Below are positions 45,393 to 51,807 of a DNA stretch of 51,807 nucleotides, one piece after another. Made by a program: the position numbers and the translations under genes. The notes under the pieces were generated by a model. It did no database searches. It worked only from the letters and a program-made list of their open reading frames with translations, and was not told the origin of the DNA. The DNA is from Escherichia coli (GTDB lineage: Bacteria > Pseudomonadota > Gammaproteobacteria > Enterobacterales > Enterobacteriaceae). The stretch is from assembly GCF_003334765.1 (NCBI RefSeq), contig NZ_QOWT01000029.1; one strand, written 5' to 3'. The first letter of the stretch is position 1; each line of letters opens with the position of its first letter.

Positions 45393-45428
45393 ATGCCCGA
45401 TAACATTTTGCTTATCGGGCATTTTTAT
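45393..45428. terminator. Rho-independent terminator between convergent lgoT and tsr
   Basis: Stem ATGCCCGATAA/TTATCGGGCAT followed by TTTTTA on the plus strand. Confidence 0.7.
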
Positions 45429-45433
45429 GGCGA

Positions 45434-47098
45434 TTAAAACGTTTCCCAGTTCTCCCCGCTATCTGCCACTGCCATTTTACGCGGCGTAGCTGGCGTCACG
45501 TTTTTTACCACAGCCGATGTTTCACGCTGCTGTTGCTGCTGTTGCTGAATCCGGAACACTGCCACAGCTTCGGTCAGGCGACTGGCCTGCTCTTCCAGCG
45601 CGGCGGCGGCAGCGGCAGATTCTTCCACCAGCGCAGCGTTCTGTTGAGTTACCCGGTCCATCTCAGCAACCGCTAAGCCAACCTGATCGATACCACGGCT
45701 CTGCTCATCAGAAGCAGAAGCAATTTCGCCCATAATGTCCGTCACGCGGGTCACGGCACTGACAATCTCCGCCATTGTTTCCCCTGCGCTTTCGACCAGC
45801 GTAGAGCCAACATCTACTTTCCCCACCGAGTCTTCAATCAGGCTTTTAATTTCACGAGCCGCCTGAGCGCTGCGCTGAGCCAGATTACGCACTTCACCCG
45901 CGACCACCGCAAAACCGCGCCCTTGCTCACCCGCGCGCGCTGCTTCAACCGCCGCGTTCAAAGCCAGAATATTGGTCTGGAAGGCAATGCCGTCAATTAC
46001 GCTGATAATATCGGCGATTTTCTGCGAACTGGTGGAGATATCGCGCATGGTCTGTACTACGTTATCCACCACTTTGCCGCCGCGTTGCGCCGTTTCAGAA
46101 GCACTTAACGCCAGATGGCTGGCCTGACGCGCATTCTCGGCGTTCTGTTTCACCGTTGCGGTCAGTTGCTCCATGCTGGCTGCCGTCTCTTCCAGCGAAG
46201 CGGCCTGTTGCTCGGTGCGCGAAGAGAGATCGTTATTGCCGGTGGCGATTTCGCTGGCACCGCTATAGATGGCATTGGCCCCGTTGCGCACATCACCGAC
46301 GGTACGCATCAGCTCTCCCTGCATATGGCGCAAACTCTCTGCCAGTTGCCCCATCTCATTAGAGCCATCCACCTCAATCGGTTTCACCAGATCGCCGCCT
46401 GCAATATGACGAATGCTGTCAATCAGGCGATTCATTGGCGCTACCAGCGAGGCTTTAATACCGAACCAGACGGCGAAGATGACCGCCAGTACGACGATCA
46501 TCACGCCCACCAGAATCCACATCGCCTGGCTGTAGGAGGCATTGTTATCGCTGACGGCGATATCATAGAGCCGATCGTCTTGCTCCATGTAAGCCACATA
46601 CTGCTTCTCGAAACCGTCCTGATATCCCTGGGTCGGCTGATCAAAGAACTCGTTGATTTTGCCTGCACCTAATAGTTGGATCAGCTCCGCCAGCGCATTG
46701 TGATAAATATCGTAATTACGTTTGATCTCTGCCGCTGCGGCGGTGCTCTGACGCGGGTCACGCGGCAACGCTTCGTAATCCGCCCAGTTTTTTTCCGCCT
46801 GTTTCAGCGAAATACTGGCACTCTGCATCAGCTCAGCAACGGTTGAACCGCTACCAATATTATTCTGATCCATCATGTAGCGGATACCCGCGCGGTTGAG
46901 GGTGTTACGCGTCTGCAACAACGCGACCCAGCTGCCATTCAGCGTGGATTGCTGCTGGCGAATGGTTTGTAAAACAGTGAAATTTTCTTTGTCATTCTTT
47001 AAGGCATTAAAGAACAGACCGCCTGATGTCAGTTGTAAAAGGCCAAAAACGGCCAAAACCAGCAGTAAGCTGGTCACAATTTTGATACGTTTTAACAT
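45434..47098 (-). CDS. tsr: Methyl-accepting chemotaxis protein I (serine chemoreceptor) Tsr
   Basis: 554-aa ORF with two TM segments, HAMP, methyl-accepting signalling domain and C-terminal NWETF pentapeptide; contains a 7-glutamine tract. Confidence 0.95.
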   Translation of the reverse strand: MLKRIKIVTSLLLVLAVFGLLQLTSGGLFFNALKNDKENFTVLQTIRQQQSTLNGSWVALLQTRNTLNRAGIRYMMDQNNIGSGSTVAELMQSASISLKQAEKNWADYEALPRDPRQSTAAAAEIKRNYDIYHNALAELIQLLGAGKINEFFDQPTQGYQDGFEKQYVAYMEQDDRLYDIAVSDNNASYSQAMWILVGVMIVVLAVIFAVWFGIKASLVAPMNRLIDSIRHIAGGDLVKPIEVDGSNEMGQLAESLRHMQGELMRTVGDVRNGANAIYSGASEIATGNNDLSSRTEQQAASLEETAASMEQLTATVKQNAENARQASHLALSASETAQRGGKVVDNVVQTMRDISTSSQKIADIISVIDGIAFQTNILALNAAVEAARAGEQGRGFAVVAGEVRNLAQRSAQAAREIKSLIEDSVGKVDVGSTLVESAGETMAEIVSAVTRVTDIMGEIASASDEQSRGIDQVGLAVAEMDRVTQQNAALVEESAAAAAALEEQASRLTEAVAVFRIQQQQQQQRETSAVVKNVTPATPRKMAVADSGENWETF

Positions 47099-47127
47099 GG
47101 TTTCTCTTTCCTGTGGACCGATGCAAG

Positions 47128-47154
47128 ATTTTCGGCCTGGAAAGGAAAAACTTT
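47128..47154 (-). promoter_or_regulatory. Sigma-28 (FliA) promoter of tsr
   Basis: On the minus strand TAAAGTTT-11 nt-GCCGAAAA matches the FliA consensus TAAAGTTT-N11-GCCGATAA, about 30 bp upstream of tsr ATG. Confidence 0.7.
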
Positions 47155-47246
47155 ATGAATATCCCGCGGAGATTACGCCGAGTAATTTTATTCACACTCT
47201 GAATTTAAAAAGCCATTATTTACATAAATTATTCACAATATAAATA

Positions 47247-47262
47247 TGTGATATGAATCACA
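47247..47262. promoter_or_regulatory. CRP binding site upstream of btsT
   Basis: TGTGA-tatgaa-TCACA, a perfect match to both CRP consensus half-sites. Confidence 0.65.
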
Positions 47263-47310
47263 TATTTATCGTCACTTAAACGACGCCTTTGCCGCTCAAC
47301 CGCAAAACTG

Positions 47311-47339
47311 ACCGCTTACATCCCTAAAATAACCACTCA
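47311..47339 (+). promoter_or_regulatory. BtsR (YehT) binding site: direct repeat with 13-bp spacer
   Basis: ACCGCTTA-13 nt-ACCACTCA matches the ACC(G/A)CT(C/T)A direct-repeat motif, about 135 bp upstream of btsT ATG. Confidence 0.7.
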
Positions 47340-47474
47340 GTTATTTACCTTACTTTACGCGCGCGTAACTCTGGCAACATCACTACAGGATAGCGGTCAA
47401 TTTACCTCCTCAAACGCAACGCAAACCTAGAACGGCTTCGGCCAACTATTAATCAATACATGCCAGGTTTTACT

Positions 47475-49625
47475 ATGGATACTAAAAAGATATTCAAGCA
47501 CATACCCTGGGTGATTCTCGGAATCATCGGTGCATTCTGCCTCGCGGTAGTTGCATTACGTCGGGGGGAGCACGTCAGCGCCCTGTGGATCGTGGTCGCC
47601 TCTGTATCGGTGTATCTGGTGGCGTATCGCTACTACAGTCTGTACATCGCCCAGAAGGTGATGAAACTCGACCCCACGCGCGCGACGCCTGCGGTTATTA
47701 ACAACGACGGTCTGAACTACGTTCCGACCAACCGTTACGTGTTGTTTGGTCACCACTTCGCCGCTATCGCCGGTGCTGGTCCGCTGGTGGGTCCGGTTCT
47801 CGCCGCGCAGATGGGCTACCTGCCTGGCACGCTGTGGCTGCTGGCGGGGGTCGTGCTGGCCGGTGCGGTTCAGGACTTTATGGTGCTGTTTATCTCCTCT
47901 CGCCGTAATGGCGCATCTCTTGGTGAGATGATCAAAGAAGAGATGGGACCAGTACCGGGGACTATCGCGCTGTTTGGCTGTTTCTTAATCATGATCATCA
48001 TCCTCGCCGTCCTGGCGCTGATTGTGGTTAAAGCCCTGGCCGAAAGTCCGTGGGGTGTCTTCACCGTTTGCTCAACCGTACCGATTGCGCTGTTTATGGG
48101 TATCTACATGCGCTTTATTCGTCCGGGGCGTGTGGGTGAAGTCTCTGTCATTGGTATCGTGCTGCTGGTTGCCTCTATCTACTTCGGTGGCGTGATTGCT
48201 CACGATCCGTACTGGGGTCCGGCACTGACCTTTAAAGACACCACCATTACCTTCGCGCTGATTGGCTATGCGTTTGTTTCCGCACTGCTGCCGGTGTGGC
48301 TGATCCTCGCACCGCGCGACTATCTGGCAACCTTCCTGAAAATCGGCGTTATCGTCGGCCTGGCGCTGGGTATCGTGGTGCTGAACCCGGAACTGAAAAT
48401 GCCTGCCATGACCCAGTACATTGACGGTACTGGCCCGCTGTGGAAAGGCGCTCTGTTCCCGTTCCTGTTCATCACCATCGCCTGTGGTGCGGTATCTGGC
48501 TTCCACGCGCTGATCTCTTCCGGTACGACGCCAAAACTGCTGGCTAATGAAACCGACGCGCGTTTCATCGGCTACGGCGCAATGCTGATGGAGTCCTTCG
48601 TGGCGATTATGGCGCTGGTTGCTGCGTCCATCATCGAACCGGGTCTTTACTTCGCGATGAACACCCCGCCTGCTGGCCTTGGCATCACCATGCCTAACCT
48701 GCATGAAATGGGTGGCGAGAACGCGCCGATCATCATGGCGCAGCTGAAAGACGTTACCGCACACGCGGCAGCGACCGTCAGCTCCTGGGGCTTCGTGATT
48801 TCGCCAGAGCAGATCCTGCAAACCGCGAAAGACATTGGTGAGCCTTCTGTCCTGAACCGTGCAGGTGGTGCGCCGACGCTGGCGGTAGGTATCGCTCACG
48901 TGTTCCACAAAGTGCTGCCGATGGCTGACATGGGCTTCTGGTATCACTTCGGTATTCTGTTCGAAGCACTGTTCATCCTGACCGCGCTGGATGCGGGTAC
49001 CCGTTCTGGCCGCTTTATGCTGCAAGACCTGCTGGGTAACTTCATCCCGTTCCTGAAAAAAACCGACTCTCTGGTTGCCGGTATCATCGGTACTGCGGGC
49101 TGTGTGGGTCTGTGGGGCTACCTGCTGTATCAGGGCGTGGTCGATCCGCTGGGCGGCGTTAAGAGCCTGTGGCCGCTGTTCGGTATTTCCAACCAGATGC
49201 TGGCAGCCGTAGCGCTGGTACTGGGCACCGTTGTGCTGATTAAGATGAAGCGCACCCAATACATCTGGGTAACTGTTGTTCCGGCTGTATGGCTGCTTAT
49301 CTGCACCACCTGGGCGCTGGGCCTGAAACTGTTCAGCACCAACCCGCAGATGGAAGGCTTCTTCTACATGGCAAGCCAGTACAAAGAGAAGATTGCTAAC
49401 GGTACTGACCTGACGGCGCAGCAGATTGCCAACATGAACCACATCGTTGTGAACAACTACACCAACGCAGGTCTGAGTATTCTGTTCCTGATTGTGGTGT
49501 ACAGCATCATCTTCTACGGTTTCAAAACCTGGCTTGCGGTGCGTAACAGCGACAAACGTACTGACAAAGAAACACCGTACGTTCCAATCCCGGAAGGCGG
49601 CGTGAAGATCTCTTCGCACCACTAA
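47475..49625 (+). CDS. btsT: CstA-family pyruvate/H+ symporter BtsT (YjiY)
   Basis: ORF track 721 aa; start moved to MDTKKIFKHIPW to give 716 aa; polytopic membrane protein. Confidence 0.93.
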   Translation: MDTKKIFKHIPWVILGIIGAFCLAVVALRRGEHVSALWIVVASVSVYLVAYRYYSLYIAQKVMKLDPTRATPAVINNDGLNYVPTNRYVLFGHHFAAIAGAGPLVGPVLAAQMGYLPGTLWLLAGVVLAGAVQDFMVLFISSRRNGASLGEMIKEEMGPVPGTIALFGCFLIMIIILAVLALIVVKALAESPWGVFTVCSTVPIALFMGIYMRFIRPGRVGEVSVIGIVLLVASIYFGGVIAHDPYWGPALTFKDTTITFALIGYAFVSALLPVWLILAPRDYLATFLKIGVIVGLALGIVVLNPELKMPAMTQYIDGTGPLWKGALFPFLFITIACGAVSGFHALISSGTTPKLLANETDARFIGYGAMLMESFVAIMALVAASIIEPGLYFAMNTPPAGLGITMPNLHEMGGENAPIIMAQLKDVTAHAAATVSSWGFVISPEQILQTAKDIGEPSVLNRAGGAPTLAVGIAHVFHKVLPMADMGFWYHFGILFEALFILTALDAGTRSGRFMLQDLLGNFIPFLKKTDSLVAGIIGTAGCVGLWGYLLYQGVVDPLGGVKSLWPLFGISNQMLAAVALVLGTVVLIKMKRTQYIWVTVVPAVWLLICTTWALGLKLFSTNPQMEGFFYMASQYKEKIANGTDLTAQQIANMNHIVVNNYTNAGLSILFLIVVYSIIFYGFKTWLAVRNSDKRTDKETPYVPIPEGGVKISSHH

Positions 49626-49674
49626 CCGTGTTTAGCCCCGCTTCGGCGGGGCTTTGTTCTTATCAGAGTGAACT

Positions 49675-49878
49675 ATGTTTGGTAACTTAGGACAGGCAAA
49701 AAAATATCTCGGCCAGGCGGCGAAGATGTTGATTGGCATTCCAGACTACGACAACTACGTCGAGCATATGAAGACCAACCATCCCGACAAGCCGTACATG
49801 AGCTATGAAGAATTCTTCCGCGAACGCCAGAACGCACGCTACGGCGGCGATGGTAAAGGCGGTATGCGCTGTTGTTAA
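49675..49878 (+). CDS. yjiX: Small protein YjiX (DUF466/YbdD family), partner of the CstA-like transporter
   Basis: 67-aa ORF immediately downstream of btsT. Confidence 0.85.
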
Positions 49879-49888
49879 TGGAGAGAGC

Positions 49889-50845
49889 ATGAACCCGATT
49901 GCAGTTACCCTACTCACCGGTTTTTTAGGCGCGGGCAAAACCACCCTGCTGCGCCATATTCTTAACGAACAACACGGCTACAAGATTGCCGTGATTGAAA
50001 ACGAATTCGGCGAAGTCTCCGTTGATGATCAACTGATTGGCGACCGCGCCACGCAGATCAAAACGCTGACCAACGGCTGCATCTGCTGTTCGCGCTCCAA
50101 CGAGCTGGAAGACGCACTACTCGACCTGCTGGATAATCTCGACAAGGGCAATATTCAGTTCGACCGTCTGGTCATTGAATGCACCGGCATGGCCGATCCC
50201 GGCCCGATTATTCAGACCTTTTTCTCCCATGAGATTTTATGCCAGCGCTACCTGCTGGACGGCGTGATTGCGCTGGTGGATGCGGTACATGCCGATGAGC
50301 AGATGAACCAGTTCACCATCGCCCAGTCCCAGGTTGGCTACGCCGACCGTATTCTGCTGACGAAAACCGACGTCGCAGGCGAAGCAGAGAAACTGCGTGA
50401 ACGCCTGGCGCGCATCAACGCCCGCGCACCGGTCTACACCGTTACCCACGGCGATATCGACCTGGGCCTTCTGTTCAACACCAACGGTTTTATGCTGGAA
50501 GAAAACGTCGTCAGCACCAAACCGCGTTTCCACTTTATCGCGGACAAACAAAACGATATTTCGTCGATTGTGGTGGAACTGGATTACCCGGTAGATATCA
50601 GCGAAGTTTCCCGGGTGATGGAAAACCTGCTGCTGGAGTCGGCGGATAAACTACTGCGTTACAAAGGGATGCTATGGATTGACGGCGAACCTAACCGCCT
50701 GCTATTCCAGGGCGTCCAACGCCTCTACAGCGCCGACTGGGACCGCCCGTGGGGCGATGAAAAACCGCATAGCACGATGGTGTTTATCGGGATTCAGTTG
50801 CCGGAGGAAGAGATTCGGGCAGCGTTTGCGGGGTTGAGGAAGTAA
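49889..50845 (+). CDS. yjiA: COG0523 metal-chaperone GTPase YjiA
   Basis: ORF track 346 aa; start moved to MNPIAVTLLTGFLGAGKTT to give 318 aa; Walker A and CxCC metal motif GCICCS. Confidence 0.9.
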   Translation: MNPIAVTLLTGFLGAGKTTLLRHILNEQHGYKIAVIENEFGEVSVDDQLIGDRATQIKTLTNGCICCSRSNELEDALLDLLDNLDKGNIQFDRLVIECTGMADPGPIIQTFFSHEILCQRYLLDGVIALVDAVHADEQMNQFTIAQSQVGYADRILLTKTDVAGEAEKLRERLARINARAPVYTVTHGDIDLGLLFNTNGFMLEENVVSTKPRFHFIADKQNDISSIVVELDYPVDISEVSRVMENLLLESADKLLRYKGMLWIDGEPNRLLFQGVQRLYSADWDRPWGDEKPHSTMVFIGIQLPEEEIRAAFAGLRK

Positions 50846-50878
50846 TTTTGGATGATGGCCGCCATGTGGCGGCCTGAA

Positions 50879-51181
50879 TTATTTTTTGTTCTGATCGCGC
50901 AGCATCGCTTCACGTAAAATTGCGTTCAGGCGAGTTTGATAGCCTTTACCTGGTCGCTTCAACCATTCCATCACATCAGCATCAATACGCACCGAAGCCT
51001 GAGTTTTCAATGGCCGATAAAACTTACCGCGTTCGGCGTTAGACCATTGCTCATCGCTGGAAGGTGGGATATCACTGTAATCAATATCTTCGTCGGATTT
51101 ATTCGCCAGCGCCTTCAGTTCGGCCTCATGCTGCACATCGAGTGTAGAGGAGGTCCCTCGTTTATGTTTAACCATGCTCAT
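50879..51181 (-). CDS. brnA: BrnA-like antitoxin (DUF4415, ribbon-helix-helix-like)
   Basis: ORF track 147 aa; start moved to ATG at 51181 (MSMVKHKRG..., 100 aa), overlapping the upstream toxin stop by 14 nt; C-terminal GKGYQTRLNAILREAM motif. Confidence 0.75.
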   Translation of the reverse strand: MSMVKHKRGTSSTLDVQHEAELKALANKSDEDIDYSDIPPSSDEQWSNAERGKFYRPLKTQASVRIDADVMEWLKRPGKGYQTRLNAILREAMLRDQNKK

Positions 51182-51455
51182 AGCGATTCCTCTCTTTACG
51201 ATCTGCTTTTCGTGCACTGATGATTCGAATAATTTCATTTCCGCTTTCGAAACGGATGGTATGCGCAACCAGAATAACCACGATGCCGTAAACCAGGCCG
51301 ATTGTCTGCCAGCGATACTCACCGTTTTCTATGCGTTCTTGCTGTGACAAATGTTGTGGATCATCAAACAATAACACCGCATCTTCAAAGCGGATGCCAT
51401 GTTTCACCCGATTACTTTTGGCCTTGTTTTCATCCCATTCAAACTCCATTGGCAT
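51168..51455 (-). CDS. brnT: BrnT-like toxin (DUF497 family)
   Basis: ORF track 104 aa; start set at MPMEFEWDE with AGGGA 8 nt upstream; signature EFEWDENKAKSNRVKHGIRFEDAVLLFDDP; about 95 aa. Confidence 0.78.
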   Translation of the reverse strand: MPMEFEWDENKAKSNRVKHGIRFEDAVLLFDDPQHLSQQERIENGEYRWQTIGLVYGIVVILVAHTIRFESGNEIIRIISARKADRKERNRYEHG

Positions 51456-51638
51456 AATTGCCATCCCTAATTGTATATACAAAAATGTATCTACAATTAT
51501 TCTGCAATTATAGCGTTGATGTTGGAAATAGCATCACGTTTCGAATAATCAACCATGAAATTGACAATGAGTAAGTTGGACTTGATTCATCCAATAGAAT
51601 TTCTCGCCTGACATGGCACACTAAACACCTCGCTGTCG

Positions 51639-51807
51639 GGTAATGACTCCAACTTACTGATAGTGTTTTATGTTCAGATAATGCCCGATGACCTTGTCAT
51701 GCAGCTCCACCGATTTTGAGAACGACAGTGACTTCCGTCCCAGCCTTGCCAGATGTTGTCTCAGATTCAGATTATGTCGCTCAATGCGCTGAGTGTAACG
51801 CTTGCTG
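51639..51807 (-). mobile_element. insB: IS1-family insertion sequence, terminal inverted repeat and 3' end of insB, truncated by the window edge
   Basis: Begins with the IS1 terminal repeat GGTAATGACTCCAACTTACTGATAGTG; minus strand encodes the InsB C-terminus (…[44 protein letters not shown]); roughly 90% identical to canonical IS1 as I remember it. Confidence 0.85.

Noticed and set aside
48072-49622. 516-aa minus-strand ORF
   Set aside because: Antisense to btsT, whose polytopic transporter product is unambiguous; the antisense translation is Arg/His/Gln-rich and low-complexity.
51561-51600. TTGACA ... TAGAAT promoter-like hexamers on the plus strand upstream of IS1
   Set aside because: Spacer is 28 bp, far from the 16-18 bp optimum, and the orientation points into the IS1 end rather than toward a gene.

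Overview
The window is enterobacterial (Escherichia coli-type) core chromosome, collinear with the K-12 arcA-to-yjiA segment near the chromosome end but in reverse orientation, and I recognise about 53 protein genes, one tRNA-Leu, several REP/BIME clusters and a handful of regulatory sites directly from the sequence. The only clearly accessory material is at the 3' edge: a brnT/brnA-like toxin-antitoxin pair after yjiA, followed by a truncated, divergent IS1. From memory, K-12 has mrr and hsdRMS at that position, so the window appears to end at the edge of the variable restriction/defence island. Other apparent departures from the K-12 layout are a roughly 1 kb gap where the HipA-like kinase gene yjjJ should sit (only an 87-codon HTH ORF remains), a single tRNA-Leu(CAG) where K-12 has three, and a 7-glutamine tract in Tsr. 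I did not find a convincing wholly novel multi-gene system; the best candidate for under-described biology is the yjjI-yjjW glycyl-radical-enzyme-like pair, which has a DeoR operator and the deoP1 region embedded in its coding sequence. All comparisons with K-12 are from memory and were not checked by alignment. Many gene starts were moved from the ORF-track ATG to the start I expect for the known protein, including several non-ATG starts.
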